A DNA stretch of 21,854 bases, from contig JAEOSI010000012.1 of NCBI GenBank assembly GCA_016840425.1, positions 1-21,854 of the forward strand, given 5' to 3'. The notes beneath the pieces were generated by a model. It did no database searches, was not told where the DNA came from, and saw nothing but the letters and a program-made list of their open reading frames with translations. Source of the DNA: Candidatus Wukongarchaeum yapensis (GTDB lineage Archaea > Asgardarchaeota > Wukongarchaeia > Wukongarchaeales > Wukongarchaeaceae). Every line of letters begins with the position of its first letter. Positions within the stretch are counted from its first letter, which is position 1. The position numbers and the translations under genes were made by a program. Of the stretch, positions 1-9,901 are shown piece after piece.

Positions 1-30
1 TATAATAGAGCTATTTAGGGGTTCTTTTGA

Positions 31-684
31 ATGGCTTATACAGAAGAAGATAGAGTAACCGAAACTATTGAAGAAGAAGAAGCGATGCTAATGAGCAAGG
101 AAGAATACCTGTCGCATGGAGTTCATATTGGCACTAGAATAGCAACTGCAGACATGCGACCCTTTATCTATCGAGTTAGGAGTGATGGTCTTTTTGTTTT
201 GGATGTTCGTGCCGCGGATACGCGTATAAAAATAGCCGCGCGATTTATTGCGAGATATCCTCCAGAAAACGTTGTTGTTTTTTCGGCGCGTCAATATGGT
301 CAGGCGCCTGTGAAAAAATTTGCCGAAGTGACTGGTTGTATTGCCTATCCGGGACGCTTCATCCCCGGCAGCCTCATGAATCCTTCCTTGACATCGACTT
401 ACATTGAACCAGAACTCATTATTTTGACGGATCCACGGGCGGATAAGCAGCCTCTTTCTGAGGCTAATCAGGTTGGGATACCTGTGATTGCACTTTTAGA
501 TACTGATTCAACGATAAGAGGCGTTGATTTGGCTATTCCATGCAATAACAAGGGTAGGCGTTCTTTAGCCGCGGTTTATTGGTTAGTGGCAAGGCAGATA
601 TTGAGGGAAAGGGGAACTATTCCTCCTGATGGGGAGATAAGTTTGACGATATCAGATTTTAAGATGAAAACTGCGCCCTTTTAG
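31..684 (+). CDS. rps2: 30S ribosomal protein S2 (uS2)
   Basis: Motifs YLSHGVHIGT, GRFIPGSLMNP, DPRADKQPLSEA, IPCNNKGRRSLA typical of archaeal uS2. Confidence 0.97.
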   Translation: MAYTEEDRVTETIEEEEAMLMSKEEYLSHGVHIGTRIATADMRPFIYRVRSDGLFVLDVRAADTRIKIAARFIARYPPENVVVFSARQYGQAPVKKFAEVTGCIAYPGRFIPGSLMNPSLTSTYIEPELIILTDPRADKQPLSEANQVGIPVIALLDTDSTIRGVDLAIPCNNKGRRSLAAVYWLVARQILRERGTIPPDGEISLTISDFKMKTAPF

Positions 685-713
685 GTTTTTAACTTTATTT
701 TTGAGGGATTTTT

Positions 714-1709
714 TTGGTAAAAAGGGTGGTTGCTTCTGCACCTGGTAAAATAATTCTTTTTGGTGAGCATGCCGTAGTTTATGGAGAGCCTGCAGTGGCA
801 GTGGCTATAGATAGGCGTGCTCGGGTTATTGTTGAGGAAAGGGGTGATTTTGAGGTTAGAATTTCAGCGCCTGACTTGTCTTTAGAAGCTGGTTTTGATT
901 TGGAAAGGGTTCTTTCTGAGGATTCTTTTTCGTTTTTTGAGATTCCTCAGCGTTTAAAGAATGTTGTTAGAGCTGTTGAGGTAAGTTTGAATGCTTGTAA
1001 TTTAAAAAGAGGGCTAAATATCGAGATAAATAGTGATATTCCTCCTTCTGCAGGTTTAGGTTCCTCTGCCTCTGTGGCTGTTGCTACTGTCGCTGCTGTG
1101 GGTAAATGTCTTACTGGGGATAGCTGGGAATCGGAAAAAGTTTCAAAGCTGGCTTTTGAGGCTGAGAAGATAGTGCATGGGGCCCCTAGTGGTATAGATA
1201 ATACGATTTCTGCTTATGGTGGGGGGATAATTTTTCAGCAAGGAAAGATTGAAAGGCTAGATATTGGGGCTCAGGTTTCGATAGTTATTGGGGATACGAA
1301 GGTTGAGAGAAGTACTAAAAAACTTGTGAGTCACGTTAGGAGTATATGTGAGAAATATCCTTTGATAGGGTTGCCCATTATACGTTTAATTGGTTCTTTA
1401 ACTTTGGAGGGTGTTGAGAGATTGAAGACGGGTGATTTTGAGGGGGTAGGGGAACTTATGGACATAAATCAAGGGCTTTTGGATGCGTTAGGGGTTTCTC
1501 ATTTATCTTTATCAAGGCTGATATTTGCGGCGAGGGAAGCAGGGGCTTATGGGGCAAAACTTTCAGGCGCGGGAGGCGGGGGTTGTATGATAGCTCTTAT
1601 GAGTCCGGAAAATGCGAAGAATGTCTTAGAAGCGATAGAGATGAGTGGTGGTAGAGCGGTTCCAACGGCGTTTAGTATGCGAGGGGTAACTGTTGAATCA
1701 GAAGAATAA
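714..1709 (+). CDS. mvk: Mevalonate kinase (GHMP family)
   Basis: SAPGKIILFGEHAVVYG, PPSAGLGSSAS, HGAPSGID, KLSGAGGGG; TTG start after GAGGG. Confidence 0.96.
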   Translation: MVKRVVASAPGKIILFGEHAVVYGEPAVAVAIDRRARVIVEERGDFEVRISAPDLSLEAGFDLERVLSEDSFSFFEIPQRLKNVVRAVEVSLNACNLKRGLNIEINSDIPPSAGLGSSASVAVATVAAVGKCLTGDSWESEKVSKLAFEAEKIVHGAPSGIDNTISAYGGGIIFQQGKIERLDIGAQVSIVIGDTKVERSTKKLVSHVRSICEKYPLIGLPIIRLIGSLTLEGVERLKTGDFEGVGELMDINQGLLDALGVSHLSLSRLIFAAREAGAYGAKLSGAGGGGCMIALMSPENAKNVLEAIEMSGGRAVPTAFSMRGVTVESEE

Positions 1710-2568
1710 GAGCGGAGAAGTATGGGAACATCTTAGTATTATAAAGCTTGGAGGCTCAGTGATCACGGATAAAAGTGTACCGTTTAGGGCGAGAAAGGGT
1801 GATATTGATCGTTTGGCGAGGGAAATAGCTGGAATTTTACCCGAGATTGATTATAGGTTGATAATTGTTCATGGTGGTGGGAGTTACGGACATCCGGTTG
1901 CTGCAAAGTATAAAATAAAAGAAGGGGTTTGTGAGGGAGATTTTTCGACCTTGTTAAGGCAAAGGTTAGGGTTTACTCAGACTAAAAAGGCTATGATTGA
2001 GCTTAATTCTATAATAGTGGATAGTTTTTTGAGGGCGAATGTTCCTGTGGTTCCTATACCTCCTTCGGCTATCTCGATTACTAAAAATGAGCGGATATCT
2101 AGTTTTGATACCGCTGCTTTGTATAGGGCTTTAAAGGGGGGTTTTATACCATTACTTCATGGAGATCCGGTTTTTGACGAAGAGAAAGGGTTTACTATTT
2201 TAAGCGGAGATCAGATTGTAAGTTATTTAGCAAGGATCATGGGAGTGGAAAGAGTTTTGATAGGTACTGATGTTGATGGTTTGTATACTGAGGATCCGAA
2301 AATAAACCCTGACGCAAAACCTGTAGACATTTTAAAATATTCTCACGACTATGAAGCTGTTTTAGCAAAATTAACAAGGGATAAGGAAAGAGTTAAAGTT
2401 GAAAAAATTTTTATCGATGTAACAGATCAAATGATTGGAAAGATTTCAGAGATTATTGATATCTGGAAAAGAGGAATCGAAATAATAATATTTAACGCCA
2501 GAAAACCAAACTATCTAACCCGTATTTTTCGTAATGAAAAGGTTCCATGCACAAGGTTAATAGATTAA
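1693..2568 (+). CDS. ipk: Isopentenyl phosphate kinase (amino-acid kinase fold)
   Basis: IIKLGGSVITDK, VHGGGSYGHP (His typical of IPK), LSGDQI, DVT; overlaps mvk by 17 nt, conserved mvk-ipk-fni order. Confidence 0.93.
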   Translation: MNQKNKSGEVWEHLSIIKLGGSVITDKSVPFRARKGDIDRLAREIAGILPEIDYRLIIVHGGGSYGHPVAAKYKIKEGVCEGDFSTLLRQRLGFTQTKKAMIELNSIIVDSFLRANVPVVPIPPSAISITKNERISSFDTAALYRALKGGFIPLLHGDPVFDEEKGFTILSGDQIVSYLARIMGVERVLIGTDVDGLYTEDPKINPDAKPVDILKYSHDYEAVLAKLTRDKERVKVEKIFIDVTDQMIGKISEIIDIWKRGIEIIIFNARKPNYLTRIFRNEKVPCTRLID

Positions 2569-2719
2569 TAGAATAGGGGGTTAGAAGCAAGTTAAAATTC
2601 TCAGGAAAAAATATGATTCAAAACTTAAAAATCTAAAAAATGATTTTATTATTGATTTTGCGGAAAAATAGTTAAGTAATTGTGTGTTAAGTTTTATAGT
2701 TTTAGTAGGCGTGGTTCCC

Positions 2720-3841
2720 TTGGAAGATCTTATCACTAACCAAACGATTAATCGTAAGTCGGAACATGTCGATATAGCGCTTAGTGAACTTATAAACGCG
2801 ATAAGTAAAGAAAGTGGGTTTAACGATGTAGATTTTATTCATTGTGCTACGCCAGAGTTAGATTTAAGCGATATAGATACGCGGGTCACGCTTCTTGGTC
2901 GTGAACTTTCAGCGCCCATAATTATTGCAGCGATGACCGGAGGGTATCCTCGAGCCAAATTAATAAACGGTACGCTAGCAGAGGCTGCCGAAATTTTAAA
3001 CATAGGCATGGGGGTGGGTAGTCAAAGGGCTGCCATTCAAAATCCAGCTTTAGAGAACACCTTTTCTATCACGCGGAAAAAAGCGCCAAACGCCTTATTA
3101 ATAGGGAATATTGGTGCGCCTCAGCTTAATCTTGGATTTGGTATAAAGGAAATTAAAAAGACTGTAGAGATGATTAATGCAGATGCGCTTGCAATCCATT
3201 TAAACCCCCTTCAAGAAGCTGTACAACCAGAAGGTGATACAAATTTTTCAAATATTTTGGAAAAAATATCCGAGATCTGTTTAAAAGTTGATTTTGTAAA
3301 AATAGTTGCTAAAGAGACAGGGGCAGGTATATCTATGGAAGTTGGAAAGAAGTTGGAAGAGTGCGGGGTTTCGGCGATAGATATAGGGGGGGCAGGAGGG
3401 ACAAGTTTTTCGGCTGTTGAAAAATATCGTGCAAAAATGCAAAAAAACATTGTTTTCGAAAAGATAGGGGAAAAATTTTGGGATTGGGGTATTCCAACAG
3501 CTCAATCTACAGTTGAAGTAGCTGCAAGTACAAGTAATGTAGAAATAATAAGTACCGGCGGTATAAGGAGCGGTATTGATGTTGCAAAAGCGATAGCTTT
3601 GGGCGCAGATGCTACAGGTATTGCTTATCCTTTATTAAAACCAGCATATGGGGGAGATGTTGGAACTGCTATTAAAATCATTGAAGAATATATTAGAGAG
3701 TTACGAACTACGATGTTTTTAATAGGTGTAAAAAATATAGAAGAACTCAAAAAAGCTTCTTTGTTAATTACGGGAAATCTCGCTGAAAGACTACGGCTTC
3801 GGAACATTGATCCCAAAAGATATGTGAATAGAAAATGTTAA
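2720..3841 (+). CDS. fni: Type 2 isopentenyl-diphosphate delta-isomerase (FMN-dependent)
   Basis: RKSEH, AMTGG, GVGSQRAA, HLNPLQEAVQPEGD, KETGAG, GGTSF, GGIRSG. Start moved from ORF-track 2684 to in-frame TTG 2720, which has an upstream AGGCGTGG and fits homolog N-termini. Confidence 0.95.
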   Translation: MEDLITNQTINRKSEHVDIALSELINAISKESGFNDVDFIHCATPELDLSDIDTRVTLLGRELSAPIIIAAMTGGYPRAKLINGTLAEAAEILNIGMGVGSQRAAIQNPALENTFSITRKKAPNALLIGNIGAPQLNLGFGIKEIKKTVEMINADALAIHLNPLQEAVQPEGDTNFSNILEKISEICLKVDFVKIVAKETGAGISMEVGKKLEECGVSAIDIGGAGGTSFSAVEKYRAKMQKNIVFEKIGEKFWDWGIPTAQSTVEVAASTSNVEIISTGGIRSGIDVAKAIALGADATGIAYPLLKPAYGGDVGTAIKIIEEYIRELRTTMFLIGVKNIEELKKASLLITGNLAERLRLRNIDPKRYVNRKC

Positions 3842-3960
3842 AATGTTAAAAAACTGTTAAAACCAGCAAAAAATAAATTATTTAGGATTATTTTTTTCGA
3901 AAAAATTAAATACTCTAAATAATGTGTTTTTATTACTTTCATTGGGGAAATATTAGAAAA

Positions 3961-4016
3961 TAGGCGATGAAAAACCACGATGATATTTTTACGGGATGAT
4001 CCGAGCCTAGAGGTGA
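3961..4016 (+). promoter_or_regulatory. Candidate kink-turn leader plus Shine-Dalgarno of rpl7ae
   Basis: TAGGC(3961-65)/GCCTA(4005-09) stem flanked by GAT-GA and CC-GA; three GATGA motifs; SD GAGGTGA at 4010-4016. Confidence 0.5.
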
Positions 4017-4022
4017 AAGTAT

Positions 4023-4403
4023 ATGAGTAAAAAACCGTTTTATGTGAGTTGGGAAGCTCCAGCAGAAATAGTGGAAGAAGCTTTAAAAATTTTAGAAAAA
4101 TCTCGGGAAATTGAAGGCGGGAAGATAAAACGTGGAACAAACGAGACTACAAAAGCAGTTGAAAGAGGAATAGCAAAGTTGGTATTTATAGCAAAGGATG
4201 TGGATCCGCCGGAAATTGTTGCACACCTTCCTTTACTTTGTGAAGAAAAAAACATTCCTTACATTTTCGTAGATAGTAAGGAAAATATAGGGGTGGCTAG
4301 CGGTATCGATGTGCCTGCTGCTGCCGCTTGCATAGTAGAAGCGGGACAGGCAGCTCCAGATATAAAAAACCTAGCTCAAAAAATGGAAGAATTAAAGAAA
4401 TAA
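4023..4403 (+). CDS. rpl7ae: 50S ribosomal protein L7Ae
   Basis: KIKRGTNETTKAVERG, DVDPPEIVAHLPLLCEEK. Confidence 0.97.
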   Translation: MSKKPFYVSWEAPAEIVEEALKILEKSREIEGGKIKRGTNETTKAVERGIAKLVFIAKDVDPPEIVAHLPLLCEEKNIPYIFVDSKENIGVASGIDVPAAAACIVEAGQAAPDIKNLAQKMEELKK

Positions 4404-4507
4404 AAGAGGATAAAATAAGCAAATTGAAGGTATAAAAGTAAAAAGTTTTTGTATTCTAATTTAGTTTAATTATCAGCTTTACTTCGATTATAAAAAGGGT
4501 GTTTTAA

Positions 4508-4729
4508 ATGAGCAGTTTTGACGAAGACCAAGGTATGGCAGCAGAAGTCGTTGCCGTCATAGAAAAAACAGGCGTGACGGGTGAAATATCGCTTGTCAAA
4601 GTACGGGTGTTGGAAGGGCGGGATAGAGGGAGAATACTCTCGCGGAACTGTAAAGGTCCTGTAAGGGTGGGCGATATACTGATCTTAAGGGAAACGGAAA
4701 GAGAGGCTCGCAGACTTCAAACAAGGTAA
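4508..4729 (+). CDS. rps28e: 30S ribosomal protein S28e
   Basis: [41 protein letters not shown]. Confidence 0.97.
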   Translation: MSSFDEDQGMAAEVVAVIEKTGVTGEISLVKVRVLEGRDRGRILSRNCKGPVRVGDILILRETEREARRLQTR

Positions 4730-4759
4730 AAGAGATACTATCGTGGAGATGTGTAAAAT

Positions 4760-4978
4760 TTGCCTAGAATATATCAATGTGACTTTTGTAGATATGATAT
4801 TCCACCGGGAACAGGCAGGGTTTTTGTGAAAAATGATGGTACAATTTTTCGTTTTTGTTCTAATAAGTGTTTTAAAAACATGTTTGTCCTTAAGAGAAAG
4901 CCTCGGAAGTTGAAATGGACGAAGGTTTATGAGCCTAAATTGCCTAAACCAGAAAAAACTGAAAATAAGGGAGCATAA
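4760..4978 (+). CDS. rpl24e: 50S ribosomal protein L24e
   Basis: CDFC..DIPPGTG, FCSNKC, RKPRKLKWT; conserved position after rps28e. Confidence 0.96.
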   Translation: MPRIYQCDFCRYDIPPGTGRVFVKNDGTIFRFCSNKCFKNMFVLKRKPRKLKWTKVYEPKLPKPEKTENKGA

Positions 4979-5106
4979 ATAAGAAAGGGATGGTAAAAGT
5001 TTTTTAACTAATTTTTAAAAGATTTAGAGGTGAATCTTTCTTATTTTCTGACTGTTATGATGTTATTTTTAAAATTTTGACTTAAGGAATATGAGGAGAT
5101 TAGGTT

Positions 5107-5535
5107 ATGGTGGAACTTACATTTGTGATGGTTAAACCTGAGGCAGTTCAGCAGGGGCTTGTTGGAAAAATAATTACTCGTTTTGAAGACAAATATTTTA
5201 AGTTGTTGGCATTGAAAGTGGTTAACGTATCACAAAAACAGGGGAGTGATTTGTATAAACAGCATCAAGGCAAACCGTTTTACGATAATCTTGTAGAATA
5301 TGTTCAGAGCGGTCCTGTAGTTGCGATGGTTTTGGAGCGGGAGAACGCTGTTGAGATGGTTAGAAAGATGATTGGAAACACTGATCCTTTAAAGGCAGAT
5401 CCTGGGACGATAAGGGGTGACTTTGGACATTCGATTGATCACAACGTGATACACGCAGCAGATAGTCCAGAAAACGCGGATAGAGAGTTAAAAATCTTTT
5501 TCATGCCAGAGGAAATAATTACAACAACTTCATAG
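5107..5535 (+). CDS. ndk: Nucleoside diphosphate kinase
   Basis: TFVMVKP, HQGKPFY, SGPVVAMV, PGTIRGDF, NVIHAADS (catalytic His). Confidence 0.97.
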   Translation: MVELTFVMVKPEAVQQGLVGKIITRFEDKYFKLLALKVVNVSQKQGSDLYKQHQGKPFYDNLVEYVQSGPVVAMVLERENAVEMVRKMIGNTDPLKADPGTIRGDFGHSIDHNVIHAADSPENADRELKIFFMPEEIITTTS

Positions 5536-5715
5536 TCCTTATTTCTTTCTCTTTCTTTCGGTGTTTTTCCTTTTTTGACTGGTTGATTTTTTTGCTTATT
5601 TTTATAAACATAAGAAGGAAACAAACTAGAAAATTTTCAAAAGAGAGAGTGAGGACATATTTAAATACTTTCTAATATATTGAGTTATTGAGGTCGAGCT
5701 GGCAGGGGTTAGTAG

Positions 5716-7326
5716 ATGAGGGTTGAGCCCGTTTCGTTTTTCTTGTGTGTTATAGTATCATCTCCTCTTAGCGAGAATGTTTTAGATGAAGTAAAACTTA
5801 GGTTTGGAAAGACGCCTGACCATGAAAGAAAGAGAATAATAAGCGAAATAATCCGAGATATAATAGAAAGAAATCTTTTAACCACAGATTTAGGAGAAGT
5901 ACAGTTAAAAGAGAAGTTGAAACTGGTAACAGAAAGGATCTTAGATGATTTAAAAACTGAGTTCAGTGAAGAGAAAGCGATAGAGATTCTTAAAGTCTCT
6001 TTGGAAAAAGCGGAAGAACAGGCTTCAAAGTTAAGAAATATTCAAGAGTTTAGAAACATGGTAGTTTCACACTTTAAAAAACTTTTAACTTTGGTTTACC
6101 CAGAAGATGTCTCAAAATTAGAGGGTTTATATAAAGAATTAATAGCAAATATTCCTCTTATGAGCACAGAACAGGCGAAAAACGTGATATATGGAATTGT
6201 GTGGGGATTTGAAAGAATTAGGGAGTTATACATGACTCCTGAAGAGTTACAAAAAAAGACCTTAAAAAGACTTCAAAGTCTAGATAAAGAAGAGTTCAGA
6301 GAAGAAGATCTTAGAAAAATCGTGGTAAGTTTAGACCTTTTCTTTGAAAAACTAGAGTTGGAAAAAGAAGTAAGACTGCAAACATTAAAGGAAGATGATA
6401 AAATAAGAACTTCTTTGCTTGAAATGGAGCCTGAAAGATGGGATAAGACCAGAGAACTAGTTTCCATGTTCAAGGAAATTGGAGAAAAAATAGATGTGAG
6501 AGAGTATGGAGAACCAGAAATCGGGGATAATCTTTACTTGATTCTTGGTAATTGTTACATATTTTTTGGGGAATATGAAGAGGCTTTAAGATATTTAAAA
6601 GATATTTTAGATACGGATTTTGTACAGGTTTATGCTTGGAATAGCTTTGGAGTTTGTCAAAGTATTTTAAACAGTTATCAGGAAGCAAAAAAAGGGTTTA
6701 GAAAAGCGTTATATATCAACCCAAAAGCTGTTTTTGCTAGGTATAATTTGGGATTAGCCTATAATGTTATGGGGGATTTTGATAAGGCCACCGCTCTTCT
6801 TGAAGAAGTCGTAAAGGTTGAAGTCGAAAATCCTCAAGCGTTTTTTAATTTGGGTATTGCTTACGCTGGAAAAGAAAGGCATAAAGATGCAGTTAGTGCT
6901 TTTAGAAAGGCGGTAAAACATGCACCACTAATGCTATCTGCTTGGGTGAATATGGCAAAATCGTATATAGAGTTAAAAGATTATGAAAATTCTATTGAAT
7001 GTTTTGAGACGATTTTAGCTTTTCAACCGGATTATGCAGAAGCTTGGTACAACCTTGCTCTTCAACATCTGAAGCTTGGGGAAATAGAAGCAAAAAAAGT
7101 TACTAAAAAGCCGGAAGAAAGAAGGAATCCCCATGCAATTTTGGCCATCGAGTATCTTGGCAATGCATTGGCTTACAACCCAGAGTATGCGAAAGCTTGG
7201 ATAGAACTGGGGCAAGCTCATAGAAAAGTGGGAAATAAAGCGCAGGCTTTAGAAGCTTTTAGAAAGGCTGTTAATATCGATCCAAAGTTGCGAGAAACTT
7301 TGAAAAAACAACGCATTTTTATCTAG
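5716..7326 (+). CDS. TPR-repeat protein with ~270-aa charged helical N-terminal region
   Basis: About seven 34-aa TPR units in the C-terminal half (e.g. AWNSFGVCQ..YQEAKKGFRKALYINP, AFFNLGIAY, AWIELGQAH..ALEAFRKAVNIDP). Start codon uncertain. Confidence 0.85.
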   Translation: MRVEPVSFFLCVIVSSPLSENVLDEVKLRFGKTPDHERKRIISEIIRDIIERNLLTTDLGEVQLKEKLKLVTERILDDLKTEFSEEKAIEILKVSLEKAEEQASKLRNIQEFRNMVVSHFKKLLTLVYPEDVSKLEGLYKELIANIPLMSTEQAKNVIYGIVWGFERIRELYMTPEELQKKTLKRLQSLDKEEFREEDLRKIVVSLDLFFEKLELEKEVRLQTLKEDDKIRTSLLEMEPERWDKTRELVSMFKEIGEKIDVREYGEPEIGDNLYLILGNCYIFFGEYEEALRYLKDILDTDFVQVYAWNSFGVCQSILNSYQEAKKGFRKALYINPKAVFARYNLGLAYNVMGDFDKATALLEEVVKVEVENPQAFFNLGIAYAGKERHKDAVSAFRKAVKHAPLMLSAWVNMAKSYIELKDYENSIECFETILAFQPDYAEAWYNLALQHLKLGEIEAKKVTKKPEERRNPHAILAIEYLGNALAYNPEYAKAWIELGQAHRKVGNKAQALEAFRKAVNIDPKLRETLKKQRIFI

Positions 7327-7336
7327 AATAAGGGTT

Positions 7337-8347
7337 TTATTTCTTGTTTCGAGCGATGATTATTGAAATTTTTGTTTCGCTTTCTCCTGGTAGGTCTTTT
7401 TCACCTTTAAGCTCGAATCCCGCTACTTTTAAGCTGTTTTTTACTTCTTCTCTTGAAGGGGCAAAGGTGGTATTATTAGGAGTTGCTAAAGCAGTCATAA
7501 TCTGTATTGCGCTTTCGGAAACAGAGTCTACGCAGTTTTCCAACACAATAATAACACCTTTATCGTGAAGAATGCGTTTAATATCAGCATAAAGGCTCAC
7601 CATTTCTTCGGGTTGCAAAAATCGATGCATACCTGCAATGACGCATAGGTCAAAGCTATTGCTTTTAATGTCATTTATAATATCCTTGGTGTTAAAGTCG
7701 ATTATTGGTTGAAGATCTTCTTCCTGCACGCGTTTTTCTGTTTCTTCTCGAACAGGGGAAAATTCATCAAGACATGTAACATTTCCTCGGATTACTATTC
7801 TTTTTGCTATTAAATAGCCGAGTATGCTTGAACCAAACCCTATAATGACAACCCTGTCACCGCTTTTTATCATCTTGTCGATCTCATCGGCCACAAGATT
7901 ACCGATGGGGCCAGCTAGATAGGGGGAAACATTGAGCAATTTAGATTCTGCAAATTTTTCTAAAGTAACCCCGCTCTCTAAGGTCTCTGAAGCATAAGTT
8001 AAAGCTTCGATATAAGCCATGAGCTGTTCAAAAAATATGGGTAAAGCATCGTTAAAATCCTCACTAAATTGGTCGATGGGTTTGGCTAAAACCGAACCTA
8101 CTTCTGAAAGGAGCAGACCGGTACCGGTAACATCCCTTTCTAAAAACCCGATCTTTTCAAGAAAAATGCATATTTTTCGAACGATAAACGTATTAAAACC
8201 AAGATTTTCAGCGATTTCGTCAGCTATTTTTGGTGTTGATCGATCAAATTGATCAAGGATACCGTAATGTTTTACTAAGGCCAGAATCAAAGTTTCACAG
8301 GCTGAATTAAAGCGTTCAGTTAATTTTTTCCATTCCAAGCTACTCAC
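7337..8347 (-). CDS. Class I SAM-methyltransferase-fold protein with N-terminal winged-helix/dimerisation domain
   Basis: N-terminal IADEIAENLGFNTFIVRKICIFLEKIGFL wHTH; motif I-like VVIIGFGSS; TCLDE; SFDLCVIAGMHRFL; RILHDKGVIIVLE. Start GTG 8347 or TTG 8356. Confidence 0.75.
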   Translation of the reverse strand: MSSLEWKKLTERFNSACETLILALVKHYGILDQFDRSTPKIADEIAENLGFNTFIVRKICIFLEKIGFLERDVTGTGLLLSEVGSVLAKPIDQFSEDFNDALPIFFEQLMAYIEALTYASETLESGVTLEKFAESKLLNVSPYLAGPIGNLVADEIDKMIKSGDRVVIIGFGSSILGYLIAKRIVIRGNVTCLDEFSPVREETEKRVQEEDLQPIIDFNTKDIINDIKSNSFDLCVIAGMHRFLQPEEMVSLYADIKRILHDKGVIIVLENCVDSVSESAIQIMTALATPNNTTFAPSREEVKNSLKVAGFELKGEKDLPGESETKISIIIARNKK

Positions 8348-8410
8348 CAGCCACAAATATTCAAAAAAACACGCTTACTTAAAAGTTTTTTTACAAGAAT
8401 AATAAAGGAA

Positions 8411-9175
8411 CTATTCTCCAAATCTTCGTTCGCGATCTTGGAAATTGCGAATGGCGCGAAGAAGATCGATTTTTCTAAAAAGTGGCCAAAAAACGTCTGA
8501 AAAGTAGAGTTCACTATAAGCGCTTTGCCAAAGAAGAAAACCAGACATACGTTCTTCACCACTGGAACGAATTATTAAGTCTGGCTCTGGGAGCCCCGCA
8601 GTGGATAAATGGCTATCGATAAGGGCTTCATCTATTTCATCTAAGCTTAGAATTCCTCCTAAGACCTTTCTAGCAACCTCTTTAAAAGCGTCTATTAATT
8701 CGGTTCTACCACTATAACCAATCGCGATATTGAGCTGAGAATTGTCATAATTTTCAGTGGCTTTTTCAGCCTCTTTGATAGCTTCCCGAACATAGTCAGG
8801 GAGTAAATGAATGCGACCAATAGCCCGAACTTTTATCCTATTTCCATGAATCCTTTTGTCAGTAATTATGTTGTTAAATTTTTCTTCAAACAAACGCATT
8901 AAGACCTCGACTTCTTCTGGGGGGCGTCTAAAATTTTCTAAAGAAAAGGCATAAATTGTAACTACTTCAATACCAAGTTCACAACACCAATCAAGAAAAT
9001 CTTCAAGTCTCATAGCCCCAGCTTGATGAGCTATAAAAACAGATAATCTACGGGATCTAGCGAACCTACGATTTCCATCTAGAATAATTGCTAGGTGTTT
9101 TGGCATGTCTTTACTTTTAATCCGCTTCCAAAGCAGCCATTCATAAAGCCGATAAATGGGAGCAAAAATACTCAA
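8411..9175 (-). CDS. uppS: cis-prenyltransferase (polyprenyl diphosphate synthase)
   Basis: PKHLAIILDGNRRFAR, YAFSLENFRRP, YSGRTE, PDLIIRSSGEERMSGFLLWQSAYSE, RRFG. Likely start TTG 9175 or GTG 9184 rather than ORF-track 9268. Confidence 0.95.
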   Translation of the reverse strand: MSIFAPIYRLYEWLLWKRIKSKDMPKHLAIILDGNRRFARSRRLSVFIAHQAGAMRLEDFLDWCCELGIEVVTIYAFSLENFRRPPEEVEVLMRLFEEKFNNIITDKRIHGNRIKVRAIGRIHLLPDYVREAIKEAEKATENYDNSQLNIAIGYSGRTELIDAFKEVARKVLGGILSLDEIDEALIDSHLSTAGLPEPDLIIRSSGEERMSGFLLWQSAYSELYFSDVFWPLFRKIDLLRAIRNFQDRERRFGE

Positions 9176-9387
9176 ACGATACACGCCCACTCTTAAAATT
9201 AGGCTAATGAAAAAACGCAAAAGATTATTAACACAAGTGTGTGTTAAGTTATGGAAAGTAGGAAACAAAATATTTAATTCTTATTCTACTACTCAATAAA
9301 AATTATTAATAAAGATGAATAATAAAAAAGTAAGAATAAAGAGTACTAAAAACTGCAAGATATTTAAAATATGGCAGGTGTATATAT

Positions 9388-9759
9388 TTGCATATAGGGC
9401 GTGTAGAAGAGATTAGTGCGATACTCGACGAACTGGGGTCTTCAATAGAGGAGATTGAAGGATGTGCCGTTGTTTCAATTGAAGGCTTACCGATAGCAAG
9501 TTCTCTACCTGAAGGGATAGATGATACAAAGATTGCAGCAATGACGGCGGCAATGTTATCCTTAGGTGAAAGGGCGGTACTTGAGATAGGGAAAGGCGCA
9601 CTTCAACGTGTTTTTACTGAGGGAGAAAATGGATTTTTAATAGCAATAAACGCGGGACCTAATGCTGTACTTACGGTAATAGCTTCTCAGGAAGCAAAAT
9701 TAGGCCTACTTTTTCTTGACATAAGAAGAGCTGCAGAAAGAATAGCTACACTTATTTAG
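9388..9759 (+). CDS. Roadblock/LC7 (MglB-like) domain protein
   Basis: CAVVSIEGLPIASSLP, IAAMTAAMLSLGER, KLGLLFLDIRRAAERI; RBS GCAGGTG upstream. Confidence 0.9.
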   Translation: MHIGRVEEISAILDELGSSIEEIEGCAVVSIEGLPIASSLPEGIDDTKIAAMTAAMLSLGERAVLEIGKGALQRVFTEGENGFLIAINAGPNAVLTVIASQEAKLGLLFLDIRRAAERIATLI

Positions 9760-9901
9760 AATAAAATCATCAAAAACAATTCAATTCTTTTATATTAACC
9801 ATTTCTTATTTTAGGTTAATTTTTACATCTATTAAAAGTAGTAGAGATTAATATTAAGTGAACCCAGATTGTTAATTTCAATTTTTTAGGAGGAGTGGAG
9901 T

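Noticed and set aside
714-3841. mvk-ipk-fni cluster as a novel pathway
   Set aside because: This is the standard archaeal mevalonate gene cluster next to rps2; the intermediate steps are usually encoded elsewhere.
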